This document shows, in pieces, positions 38,301 through 50,396 of a stretch of 64,000 nt of DNA. The stretch covers positions 8,184,001 through 8,248,000 of the forward strand of contig CM120649.1 in the NCBI GenBank assembly GCA_051362555.1. Reading direction: 5' to 3'. The DNA is from Lingula anatina (lineage: Eukaryota; Animalia; Brachiopoda). Every line of letters starts with the position of its first letter. Position 1 is the stretch's first letter. Under the pieces are notes generated by a model. That model was not told the DNA's origin. It was given only the letters and a program-made list of their open reading frames with translations, and did not search any database. The position numbers and the translations under genes were made by a program.

Positions 38301-40496
38301 CAGGGCAGCAGAAAATGAAACGTTCCTTAGAATCTCCGCCCAGTTCTCCAGGCCCCAAGAGACGGAAACCTGGTGAGTATCCATCCTGGATGTAATATCC
38401 GTCCTGGACATATCTGTCCTGGGCATATCCATCCTGGACATTATATCTGTCCTGGACATATCCATCCTGGACATTATATCTGTCCTGGACATTGTCTGTC
38501 CTGAACATTATATTCTGTCCTGGACATATCCATCCTGGACATTATATCATATCTGTCCAATCACAGCTGCATGAAATCTTACATTTTTTTGTTGCATTAC
38601 AAAGAAAATAGTATCAGCATTGTATTATTGATTGAAAAATAAAATTAAGTAAGTGTTTGAAAAGGGAATTTAATGATAACAAGAGCACCAAGGACCTGTA
38701 AGGTAGCAGTATATGAGTGAAACAAATGTGTTAAAGGAATAAGAATGAATTTAATCCCTTTTGTTTTTCATGTCTGCAGCAAAACATAGATTATGTTCAT
38801 CCATTAGATTTCTAAATATTTTTGTGGATAAGATTTATTTGGGTCTTTTGTCTTTTATTTTGAAGTAAAGCTAACATTGTGTTGTTTGTCTCTAGGTTAG
38901 AGAGTTATGAGTATTATATCACACATTTTCTAACTGCTTGTGTGGCACATACTTTTAAAGTCACCCATGCAGGTCATCTCATCATTTCTGTCAAATTTGA
39001 TAACACCTGTATGTATTAAAAGCTTATTGACCAATTAGCGATTAAAATTGTTTTTTGAATGCAGTGCAAACTTTTGTAGGAGAAAGATAATAATTGTAAG
39101 ATTGCAGCAGTGGTATATTGCGTTAACAGGTAAATAAAGGTGTAGGAAAATGCATTAATTTTCACATTTGGCATCTTGAATTTAGCCATATTATTTTGGA
39201 AAAAAAGAGCTGTGTGTAAAGTGAAATTTTATTTTGTACAATATCCAGGTCCTCTCCCCAAAGATATAAAATGGCGTCCAGGGTCCCCCTCCATAGGGCA
39301 ACAAATGGAAGCCCAGAAATGTGACGATTCTAAAGTCAAAGAACAAGGTAATTGTGACATTTTCACATTCTGAAACCAAGTATATAATTCTAACTATTTG
39401 TAATAATTTTCCTTTTTCAAGCATGGCAATTTTATGTCTTTTGCAGCAGGTGTTTTATTGGTTTTTGGAAAGATGCATATTGTGATTACTGAATTAGTCC
39501 GTGCTGTATTTAAAGTACATGGAGAAGTCTTCTAAAACGTGGCTGATCTGAATGCATTCCTAAATATAATTAGGTATGAGTTCACAAAATGGTTTGAATT
39601 TTTTTCCTGATGTATTTGTCTTTTTTTCAGAAACAAATCACAACAATCTGATTGCCAAGGACAACAACCATGTGATCAAGAATGCCTCTCCTGAACCAAT
39701 AGAAATGAACAATCACTTTGATGCCTCAGACACAGAATCTGTGAACAGTGACACCAATTCCCTCTCGCCCCCAACCATAGTATTAGATGGTTACACATCG
39801 CAGGGAGAAGAGGACAATCTTAGGGGGAGGCTTTCACCCATGTCAAAATTACAGCAACAGAAACAAGAAGCTCAGGCGATAGCGCATAATAAAAAATTAC
39901 GACGATTGGTCGTTCGGGAAGTGAAACAACCTGGAAAAAGTAAGATTTCAAGTTGGACAATGTATTTGCTTTTGATAATTTTTGCACTTATCAGAAATTA
40001 ATTGATAACATTTCTTTATAAATAATTTGCTGTTGTCACAGTGAATTGGTTTGTATTATTATGATGGCTATGAGTACGTATTTTGCATTTAACCATAGTG
40101 TGATAACAGGAGCCCATGAGGGAATTCTGAAGTTGTTTTAATCCCATTTGAAATAAGTTTTGTTCACCTAAACAGAACTTAAAACTATTTAAATTTTTTT
40201 CTGCATTGTTATTCTGATTGCAGCTTATTCACTGCTCATTCACTTGTAATAACTCTTCTTTTCCAGATTATGCCCCATTGTTTCAACATCTCGGCTGTAT
40301 CCAAGGCAACCTTGACCTCAAACTGACATTTCTTAGAGACGTAATTCATGAAGCCTCGCGCTTCAAAAAACGCGCGCTGATTGAAATGCTTGAACAGTTT
40401 GAAGAGACGTTGGTGAAAAAAGAGATGGGAAATAACAACAGACAAAACAACTGCCACAATGTGAAAGTATTACCAGGCTCTAATGACGGGAGGTAG
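29399..40496 (+). CDS. INTS6: Integrator complex subunit 6; 19 coding exons: 29399-29509, 29598-29675, 30334-30483, 30632-30721, 31150-31342, 32633-32764, 33008-33040, 33372-33574, 33865-34017, 34397-34529, 34880-34974, 35695-35885, 36281-36430, 37190-37293, 37673-37809, 38267-38372, 39249-39347, 39631-39939, 40267-40496 (2697 nt, 898 aa)
   Basis: Manual splicing with GT-AG junctions keeps one frame to TAG at 40494-40496. Recognisable INTS6 peptides: vWA N-terminus MTIILFLIDTSGSMNQRTYLGTTLLD, RDPACRGDRYML, PGSELTREPFRWDQRL, GHWPIPENFWPD, FPFDKYELEPSPLTQYILER, MPYNYPVLLPLL, HMFGNPFK and IHEASRFKKRALIEML. Confidence 0.97.
31500..32490 (+). mobile_element. Non-autonomous Kolobok-type element (991 bp) in INTS6 intron 5, retaining the first transposase exon (~31800-32011)
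   Basis: TTAA flanks and imperfect TIR (AGACAGTCTCAGCGCGTTA vs AGGACAACTCAGTGGGTTA). The ORF QTVYVGREVGRWRTLKAELGLTYEAMAKLLLDT|gtgagt matches the motif and donor in the 58-kb element. Confidence 0.75.
38378..38558 (+). repeat. Minisatellite of 15-18 bp units (TATCCATCCTGGACA / TTATATCTGTCCTGGACA) just after INTS6 exon 16
   Basis: About ten tandem TCCTGGACA-containing units; explains the spurious ORFs at 38148-38508. Confidence 0.9.
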
Positions 40497-42740
40497 CTGA
40501 GGAGGTTGGGGGGGGGGGGGGGGGGATTTGGGCAGGGGGGTCTCTAAGAAACCACTGACAAAGTTAACATCATGCAATGGAGATTATGACAAAAATTGTC
40601 CAGAAAAAATATTGAGTTTTTATCCACAAGCACTGGATGTACAAGTCAAGTATTTGCTTACTTAATTAAGTGAGTTGACCAGTGACAGTCTGGGTCAAGG
40701 TCCCTGACTTGACCAATCAGTTGATCCGTTACAAGATCATGTGACACTGAAATTCGAATTCCAGCTGAGAACAATGTGGTAAACATTCCAGAAACAATAT
40801 CATTTGATATTCAGGATTATTGACTGCTTTGATGTTTGATAAGAAAAAACGAATCCATATTTAACATTTCTGTGTTTGTAATTCAAATATTATAAAGTCA
40901 GCTGATGAAGGAAATAGATATAAGTGAATCAATAATTTTTTTTCATAAAATATTTTTGAATAAAGGAAACATTTATAATTGAATAGCCGGTCTTGAAAAA
41001 AAAATAAAAAGGAAATTCAGTGATATCTGGTGTCAAATCACACATTTTGCCTTGCAGCACTGGCAAATTTATTTTTATGAAGATCACTGCATCAGCAGTA
41101 AAAATTTTCTGCAGTCGAGATTTATACAAATTATATTATCCCAAAAGATCAAAATGGTGTAAAAAGTGTCATAAGAGCTTTGTCAGTGAGGTTTTAACAA
41201 TACTATTGTCTGTGATATTTTGATAAGAAAATTTGGGGGGAAACAAGTGATGCATTTTTGTTTCATATAAAGATGTATCAGTTATATAAAAATAAACATT
41301 TTCTTGAAACTTAGTTATGTGTTTGGTATTATGAGCTGCTATCTGTTCACAAATTACTAACATAGCATACTCTCTTTCTCGCTCTATTTTTCCAGTAAAG
41401 ATAGTTGGTTCAAAATCCAACATTTGCACAGAAAACACCCATTTTACAGTCTAGCTGTCCAATTTCTGAACACGAAGACTAAAGTAGAGCAATTAGATTA
41501 AAAATTCTCCACATACCATACCAATACCCAATGCCTCTTTCTTAATTGATAAAAAAAAAAATAATTATAGATTTCCTCAATTGAAGGGTAGCTCACAATC
41601 CCAGCTAGTACATACTTTGAAACTAGTAGAGGCTTGTTGAGGGGTCAAATGCTGCATTTTATAGTACAAATGTCCAACTTGTGATGAATGTTCTTTGGGC
41701 TAAAAGAAAAATTGTTATCCATAGAGACATGCTCTATCAATGCATAAATTAGCATAAATTTATTACAATAATCTAAATACACATTTTATGTTTACCTTTA
41801 AATTGCAAAAGAAGTTTTTTATCCTCTCCAGAAGAACCACTTGTGTTTGTTTTTCCACTGTAGGCCTGCCCCCCCCCCACCCTCCCCCGAATGGTAACCA
41901 TGACAACAGACTGTAAAGACAAGCAATCCCTTTCATCAAAGCCCAATATATGGTATCCCTGTGCTAGAATATGTAGCATGAGCTTATTATATGACACTTA
42001 CCCCACAGATCAGAACTTCTATATAGCAGTTTTACAATTTGAAAAATAAATATGGTAAATATTAAAATATTGTAATTATTTCTTTTTTTTCACGTATTTA
42101 ATTATTCACTGATATCTATGAAATGACCAGGAAAAATCAGCGAAAGAATAAAAAAAGGTGACAATTAGTTAATGTACTAATATAAGAATTAATTAATGTA
42201 CTAATATAAATTAATACCATTTTAAGATTTCTACTTTTTTGCCACCTTTTTTTCTTACATGGTATTTTAAATCATAATACCTTCTGAAAAACATTTATAA
42301 TTAAAATTATCTGTCATTGTCATATCATGCTTTAATTTCTATAAATTGTTATTTATTAATCTAATTATTATTTATAATATCAATTAATCTTTTGTGTACC
42401 CAATTTTTTATAGCTCCAAATAAAGAGCTTGTATCATGCTCACTGGCATGTTACACAATATCTAAATATAAAGCCTGTAATACTTTGAACAACTCTATTT
42501 AATTATTTACACAAAATGCCAAACAGTCTTATCGATTCGGAGAAATAAACATTGAAAAAGAGGCAGCTGTCAGGAGAGTACGGTCCAGAGTCACGAGACC
42601 GGCATGTAGTGTTACAGTTATTTCCACTGGTAAACAAGCGAGATCTGACAGTGCGTTCAAAATAAATCCGACTCACTCTCGACTAACCTTCTGTTCACAA
42701 GCACGGATCAGCTGCCCGGCATTGCGAAACTACCTCTACC

Positions 42741-42776
42741 TATAAAAAACGGTGACACTAATAACCACAGCAGTTA
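42741..42776 (+). promoter_or_regulatory. TATA box + Inr-like start of EPDR copy 1
   Basis: TATAAAAA at 42741, 31 nt before the A of GCAGTT; conserved in copy 2. Confidence 0.8.
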
Positions 42777-42814
42777 AGAATCGACGCTCCTGACAGTGAC
42801 AAGAGTCGAGTTTA

Positions 42815-43507
42815 ATGAAGATGAAGACCGCCATCGCAGTATTCAGCGTCTTGATCATCGTGGTTCCTGCTATGTCCCAGCCTCCCCAGCCGTGCTGTAC
42901 ACCGCCGCAATGGGAAGGAAATGTCGCTCAAAGCCAGGGACAGAACGTCGCAGGTCAAGGGCACAGGGCCGCGGTAGGATAAAGATTATATAAGAAATAT
43001 TGTTTGCAAATTTTTTTTCCTTAAAATTGACCCGAATATTAACAATCTCACGTTTCCGCTTCGCTAGCAGCCTTTATCATAAAGTTTATGACGATGCCGT
43101 TCACTAGCTAAAGCTGGTGTCACAGGAATGGAAGTCGGGGGCCCCATATGATTATGGTGTAGCTGCGGGTACACGATTAGTACAGTACAGCTAGGTTAGG
43201 GTTACACCCCATTTCCATAGATTTTTAGATCGATCTATCCCTGTGGGGAATCTCACTAGATTACTGTCAGCTTGGCCGGCTTAAGCGTCTGTCCCGCCTA
43301 CTAAAAGCTGTAAGGGGGTAATTAACTACTAGTATGGTGCCCGCTCGGCTGACTGCAATTTATAGCGTGAACCCCCAGGGAGTTAGGTCGATCTAAATCT
43401 CTGGGAAAGCACCCTAAGTTGGGGGTAGTATATGGTCAAATGTCACCTGCACCAAGTAGTGGGAAGTAGACTACGTACGGTACGTGACAGGAATGGTAGT
43501 ACGTCCT

Positions 43508-43541
<34 letters not shown>

Positions 43542-46324
43542 GGGGGGTGCAAGGGGCTTCCATAGTTAAATGCCCAACTTTTCACATAATACAGCAAGTA
43601 CAGAGGTTAATTCTATCTCAGGGATTATAAACAAAATAACAATAATATAAAGAACTATTCTGCTATCAGTTAACATCTTTTAATCACAAATTTATTTGAT
43701 ATATATATATAACAGTTCATTTAAATGGTTTTCCAATATACCTAGTATTGTATATATACCATTTAATTATTCAAACCTTTTTATTCTACACTGTACCAGT
43801 TAAGAGGGGTCCAAATATAAGGTGATATATCAAAATGTATTCTAGTCAATAATACTTTCAAGATTATGAATATCATCCCATTTATTCTCTTTTTTCAGCA
43901 AATCATGAAGCTGTCCATGGACGCTAATCTTAAAAAAGTGGCTCATAGAGGTCAGTGGTACTATGACCAACAGGAGGGAACTTTCCAATTGCTACAGGAT
44001 TTTAAAGCAGTAAGATAGATCTTTACTACAATGTTATACCAGTGGTTAAGACTTCTTTACCTCTTTAGACTTTACACAACGATTATAAGGAATTACTAAC
44101 TATAAACAAGGACATTACATGAAGTTACCGAAAAAAGGTGGTGAATATTTAAGCGTCCCCAACTAGCTCATTGTTGTTGTATTTATGGACTTATTTTCAA
44201 AAACCTCATCAGTCATCTTAAAGGTACATACGAACTGAGCATCGGTGGAGCGTGGATTCCCAGTAACACATGTAAACCACTTCTACTATTTTCTAATACG
44301 ACTCACATAAATTCGACATGCCAAGGGATACACTGAATAGATCACTCTATCAGCCATAAAAGACCTTTAGACTGCTCTTTTCTTTAAATTTTTGGTTGGA
44401 AATTTAACCTACTTTCGTGACCTACTTTTATGCCCCATTGACATACACCTTAGAATGCCAGCAGAAAATTCCGTTCAAACATCATTTTCGGGTAAAATTA
44501 AACAATGCCTTTTGGCAATTCTCTTAGTTATACTACTTGAAACTATATACTGGTATTTGGTTGATTTTTGTGACAAAAAATTGACTTTGTATGCATCTTT
44601 AATAATTTTCTTGCAGGGCGTACAATACCAGATCACCAATGGTGGTCCATGTGTTAAGAGCAAGCTGACACAACCATGGATGGGCTGCATCCCAAGTGTG
44701 TATAGCCTTTGACCTTTACCTTTGACCCTGACAGCTTAAATCTGTGCTCTATTTTGAATTATTAAAGAAATAAGAGGAGTTTGGGACTCTTTCATATTTA
44801 TTTCAATACACAATTTTTCATAAGTCTTATAATAACTAAAATGTTATAGAAGCATTGCCATTTATTTTTTAAAAAAAGCTGAAATAAGCATTGTCATTTA
44901 TTTTTAAAAAGATGCAATCTTTTCACAGATCATAATTTTGAAATGTCTGATTATCTAATAATTGAATTATAATTTATATTAATATTTTATTATCAGCAAA
45001 GGAAAACAGTGGGGGGAAAGTATTTGTTAACAAAAAAATTCTTTCACCAGTTTAACATATTTGCAAAGTCAGTGAAAATCATTATTCTATATAATCACAG
45101 AGACTTCCAAATTCATGGGCAGTGCTGTGTTGGGACTTGGTGACGATAGCATTAAAGTCAACAACTGGGCCATCTTCATGAACTCCAGCTCTCTCATGGG
45201 GACGTCTTACACACAAGTCACTGCCAAAGACTGCGTTCCCATTGGCAGCACGTTCCAAGGATCAGCTAAAGGAGGTAGGGCTGCATTATCTTTGATAACC
45301 TTGAGAATGCCAGTCAGAGCCTAAGAGAAAAGTGGCACTTTTCTGGGGGTGAAAACTTGTGCATTTGACATGGGGTGTTATGTTATCATCTCCTCCCCAC
45401 ACCTCCCCCACCCCCCACCCCCCCCCCCCCCACCCAAAAAAAAATAAGAAGAAGAAATGGGGTAGGGTGATCCATGCTCAAAATCATCTGACCCCATGTT
45501 TGCCTTATTTGTCCTTATCAGTGATTAATTAGTACCACCAGCGTGTATGCTGGCAGTTCTCATGGTTTTAGTTAAACCCTTCTCGTACAGCTCCGCCGGC
45601 TCCGTTGGCTCCGCAGGGTGATGTGGGATACAAGTCACCGTTATCGCTTCTCCTCCTAGACTGCAAGGACCTGTGTCCCCATCTCTTTGATTTAGGTCAC
45701 ATATAATCTCAACTTAAACCCCCTGTTTAAAGGAACTGTGGGGAAAATTACTTCAGAAGTCTGACCAAAAGTCATGTGGAGATTCCAAATATGCCCTTGG
45801 ATTTGACTTTAGACCTTTATTTCAAGGTCAAATGGGCCAAAATTTTTAAAAAATTGGAAATTTCTACAAAAAATATTTTTGTACCAATTTTCAGAAACTA
45901 CGCAGACCTAAGCTCTCATATTATAGTGAGGGGTTACAATCAGGAACTCCTTTCATCTTTGGGAGTTTGGGGTCAATCGGTGCATTTTCATGGGAGAAGC
46001 AGCCATTAGATACCGAAACTGAAAACTCTCTCTAATTCTGGAACTGTAAATGCTAGAGACTTTTTGTTTTTTGCAAAGGCGGACAGGTTCCAATGCCGAG
46101 CCCTGTAAGCCCCAATTTCATCTCTGCTAGTTAAATAACGTTTTTTTTTTTCTGATGAACTTTCAGTTGGCATGATGTCGGTGCAAGGAGTGACTAATGT
46201 TTCAGCAGGAATCAAGGACCCCAGTGTCTTTTCCTTGCCTGCAAGCTGCCAGAAAGCAAAGGAGGCAGATGAGAAGGACAAGGTTACTAAACTCTTGACC
46301 ATTGTTAGCAAAAATGTTCATTAG
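42815..46324 (+). CDS. Ependymin-related secreted protein, copy 1; exons 42815-42973, 43899-44009, 44617-44695, 45101-45274, 46167-46324 (226 aa)
   Basis: The spliced ORF gives a signal peptide, then QPCCTPPQWEG, D.NLKK, LLQDFKAGVQY, C..SKL, GCIP, VTAKDCVPIG and a C-terminal TNVSAGIKDPSVFSLPASC. This is the ependymin/EPDR cysteine and motif pattern. All junctions are GT-AG and in phase. Confidence 0.93.
43205..43414. mobile_element. Harbinger-type MITE, family A, in EPDR copy 1 intron 1
   Basis: Reverse-orientation homolog of 6711-6958, TTA/TAA flanks, absent at the equivalent position of copy 2 (~55240-55256). Confidence 0.75.
44222..44598. mobile_element. Non-autonomous TTAA-targeting (Kolobok-like) element, 377 bp, in EPDR copy 1 intron 2
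   Basis: TTAA duplication; TIR AGGTACATACGAAC vs AGATGCATACAAAG; a single TTAA at the equivalent site in copy 2 (~57100). Confidence 0.85.
45529..46133 (+). mobile_element. Helentron/HINE-like non-autonomous element in EPDR copy 1 intron 4
   Basis: Starts TTAG with a short hairpin (CCAGC..GCTGG), has an internal TGAC(C)TT..CAAGGTCA core and ends CTAGTT; similarity to copy 2 stops at the left boundary. Confidence 0.5.
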
Positions 46325-46613
46325 CTTGGTAGTTGGGTCTTATACGTATGATAATTTTCAAAAATGCGGTCAGTTAGTAACAATATCTGCTGACATCAGT
46401 CTGATGAAGGCCTGTGTCCAGGTTGACTGTAAGCTTACAGTATGAAAATATTTCAGCTTGTGTTTTATAAGTATCATGTATGATCTTAAATGTCGTATTT
46501 TGTCCAGGATAGTAAATTTTCATCCCTGTACAGATATTCTAATATTGTCTATGGAAATGTGAAGTATTTTATCCAAGATTTTGTCGAAGACCAACTCACA
46601 CTACATATCAAAC

Positions 46614-46687
46614 AATTTGGTTATGTAGACCTAATTACGTGTGTGGGTGTGCACGCACACACCTAATTAGGTCTACATAACCAAATT
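46614..46687. repeat. Near-perfect 74-bp palindrome downstream of the EPDR copy 1 stop
   Basis: AATTTGGTTATGTAGACCTAATTA...TAATTAGGTCTACATAACCAAATT (24-bp perfect arms) with a self-complementary GT/CA centre. Confidence 0.9.
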
Positions 46688-49044
46688 ATGTGTGTGTGGG
46701 TGTGCACGCACACACACACACAAGGGGGCATGCAATTACAGATGCGCACATCTTTAATTTGACGTCTTTTGCAATGAAACAACACTGACAATACAGGGAT
46801 AACAAAGAGTGTTCAAGTTCCTTCAAAATTTCCTTCAATTTTGTCTTTCAGGACAGCAGCATGGACATCCGTCTGTTCTAAAATGTCTGATGGCATGATA
46901 ACATTTCTAAGGATCACTGAGCACTTCACTTCTAACAGAAAACTATCAGAGGACTGTTCATTAGACACCTGTCCACATTTTTTTTTATCATAAGTGTGCA
47001 AAATTCTTAAGAATTATTGCTGCATAGCTGATGTACTTTTTTTTCCAATATTAGTATAAACTTCTCTGAAATCTCATGCATAGTTTTGTTGTTCACTCAT
47101 GACATTCCCAATTTTCACACAACATTGAATGATTTTGTGGCATCTGATAAGTTTTAAATTTCTAACAGTTCCTAAAATTATGAAATACTTAAAATTTTGT
47201 TGTGAATGTCAAACCTACGAGGCTACGAGCACATATCCATATCCAAGAAGTTACTATAAAGGAATGCGAAAGTGAATGTCACAGTGATGAATTAACAGAC
47301 TGAGTGTTCTAAGTTTTTTTTTTTTTTTGGTTTTTTGAGCTTATTGCTACTTATAAACATGTATGTTTATATATTCAAGAAGTGTACACAAAGAATAACT
47401 AAGTGAAGTAGTTAGCAATCTGTGCACTAAATATTTTTAAGAGTATGCCTGTGACCTCAGTTGCAACTCTATATTGGGCTTGGGTGTTATTATCCCAAAA
47501 GATCAAAATGGTGTAAAAAGTGTCATAATTAAGAGATACATTTGGTTTGTCTGTGAGGTTTTAATAATACTATTGTCTGTAATATTTTGATAAGAACATT
47601 AGGGGGGAAACAATTGATACATTTTGTTTAAAATAAAGATGTATCAGTTATATTAAAAATAAACATTTTCTACAAATTTGGTAATGTGTTTGGTATTATG
47701 TTCTGCTGCTATCTGTCCACTTTAATTTGTAACCTATTAGTCTCTCTCGCACACTCTTGCTCTTTCTCCAGTAAAGGTAGGTAGTTCAAAATCCAACATT
47801 TGTATTTAAATAAAAAAGCACTCCCATTCTACCGTCTTGCTCTCCAACTGGTGAACACAAAGACTGTTGTAAAGAAATTAGATTACACCTAATGAAAATG
47901 AATTTGTAATGATATATGTTCTGTTATCAGCTCAACTAAAAACAAAGTGAAAAAGCTACCAGAAGCCAAGCACACACATTAAGCACTCTCAAACTGCTCT
48001 AGGTGATTGCAAAGGAATAAAAACAACATCAATAAGGGTTTTCCTGGGGTCAATCATAAATTTTTCCACATACAATACCGATGCCTTTTTCACATTTGGT
48101 AAAAAAAGAATAAATTTCCTCAATTTAAGAGTAGCTAATGCTTGCGTCTAATAAGCAAGTTTAATCAAATTATATGTTCTACAGACTAATTTGTATGATG
48201 ACGATGAGGGGTTATAAGGAATAAAGACATACTGAATAAAGAACTTTGAAACCTGAAGATGATATTTGCATTTATTGATCACACAAAGTGGAAGTTTTAC
48301 AAAAAATAATTAGAAACTGCATGTTAAATTTTGCATTAAAAAGGCCATTTTTATACTTGCCTGACCACTATTCTTTCTTTAAAGAAAGGTGAAATTCAAT
48401 TCAAAGACCTCATTCTAAAATAATGAAAAATTGTTTTTCCCACCAGAGAACTTATATAAACTTCTGACAGAATCAACATTTTAAATTGTTAATTCATTTT
48501 TCAAACATTTTAAGAGTAGTTATCATTTATGGATAAGCTATAATTAATATATATATATACCAGATTCTTGGTCCATCAAAACCATCATGTAATATTCTCA
48601 AATAATATATATGCTCTTCTTGTCATGCATATATATCCTACTAAGTACAATCATGGATACGTGGAGTGAAATATGTAGACGTCATATTGAACAAATTAAT
48701 TAAATGATTAATCAATTAATAACATAATAAATCAATGCTCATTACATTAATAATTATCACTTAATTGTTGCTTATTCTGTCTTATCTGTTGTGGTACTAT
48801 TGGACGGGTGACAAAATTCTGGAACAGTTAACTCCCTGGAAGCAATGGAGAATAAATATGTTTTTTTTGTTTTGTTTTGTTTTTTTGGTGGTAAATTTAA
48901 TCTTAATATGTAAATACAGCCAATTATGAGTCACAATGCAAAATTGTAAATATGTAAATATGTGTGTGTATGTGTGTATGAATAAATGAATAAATAAATA
49001 AATAACGAAAAATGTCAAATTGTGATGCTCTCTGCAGTCTCGAT

Positions 49045-49079
<35 letters not shown>

Positions 49080-50317
49080 ACATAATTACAATTATCTAAA
49101 TACACATTTTATGTTTACCTTTTAATTGAAAAAGAAGAATAAAACTCACTTTTTTATCCTGTCCAGAAGAACCACTTTTGTTTGTTTTTCCACTCCAGGC
49201 CTGGAATGGTAACCATGACAACAGACTGTGAAGAAGCATTCTTTCTCATCAAAGCCCAATCCCCGTGTTATTATATGTTACATGAGCTTAATTATTACAT
49301 ATGACACTTACGTACCCCACAGATAAGAACTTCTATATAGCAGTTTTACAATTTGGATAACAAATATTAAAATATTGTAATTTTTTTTTTCATGTATTTA
49401 ATTATTCACTGATATCTATGAAATGATCAGATGAAAATCAGCAAAAGAATTAAAGGAAGAGACATCAATTTATAAATGTACTAATTTAAATACCATGAGA
49501 GATTGTATGGGGAACGTTAAACTTAATTGTTTTAAAGATTTCTTCTTTTTGGCTGCCATTCTTTTCCTTGCAGTGTGCCTCTGTTCTGCTCTGGGGTCAC
49601 CACTGGGGCAGCCATGTTGACCAAATGACCACTGTCCAAGCGAGTCTTAAACCTGTGGCTCAGATATTACTGCAATGATTAAAACGGGAATTATGTACAA
49701 CAAACTGTCGATCTGTCATATATTGACATCTACCAGTATATGATCTGTCATTTTCATTTCATAAATAATAGAAATAAACGATTATAATTAAGTGGGCTGT
49801 TAAATCATATAATACCTTCTGAAAAACATTTATTAAAATTTAAATTATCAGTCAATTTCATATCATGCTTCAATTTTTAATTTTTATAAATCATTATTTA
49901 TATAGTAGGCCTATATTAATCTTAGTTATTAATTATATATCAATTTATCTTTTGTGTATCCAATATTTTTTATATCTCCAAATAAAGTGCTTGCATTATG
50001 CTCCCTGGTATGTGGCACAAAAATTAAATATATTGGTTGTAAACTTGTAATGCTTTGAATAACATATCGGAAATATACCTGATACGATTAGTCTCAATTT
50101 AGCAAATTCTTACACAGAAATAAACATTGAAAACGAGGCAGCTGCCAGGAGAGTACGGCCCAGAGTCACAAGACCGGCAGGTAGTGAATTACAGATATCT
50201 ACACTGGTAAACAAAAGAGATCTGATAGTGCGTTCTAAATAAATCCGACTCATTCTCCACCAACCTTCTGTACACAAGCACGGGTCAGCTGCTGGACATT
50301 GCGAAACTACCTCTACC

Positions 50318-50352
50318 TATAAAAGCAGCGACACTAACAACAACAGCAGTTA
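50318..50352 (+). promoter_or_regulatory. TATA box + Inr-like start of EPDR copy 2
   Basis: TATAAAAG at 50318, 30 nt before the A of GCAGTT; the upstream ~250 bp is highly similar to copy 1, including a GTAAACA forkhead site. Confidence 0.8.
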
Positions 50353-50396
50353 AGAATCGACGCTCCTAAAAGTGACAAGAGTCGAGTTTCAACAAG

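Noticed and set aside
38148-38508. Repeat-rich minus-strand ORFs (MSRTDIMSRMD.., VQDRYNVQDG..)
   Set aside because: Products of an intronic minisatellite; units are directly adjacent with no unique spacers, so not a CRISPR-like array.
42796-42993. ORF-track peptides MTRVEF... (also 50372-50608)
   Set aside because: Wrong frame; the real frame is the EPDR signal-peptide exon starting at 42815 and 50397.
46398-46430. CTGATGA followed by a CCTG..CAGG stem, resembling a hammerhead (similar cases at 9763 and 23606-23648)
   Set aside because: The GAAA box or a proper stem II is missing.
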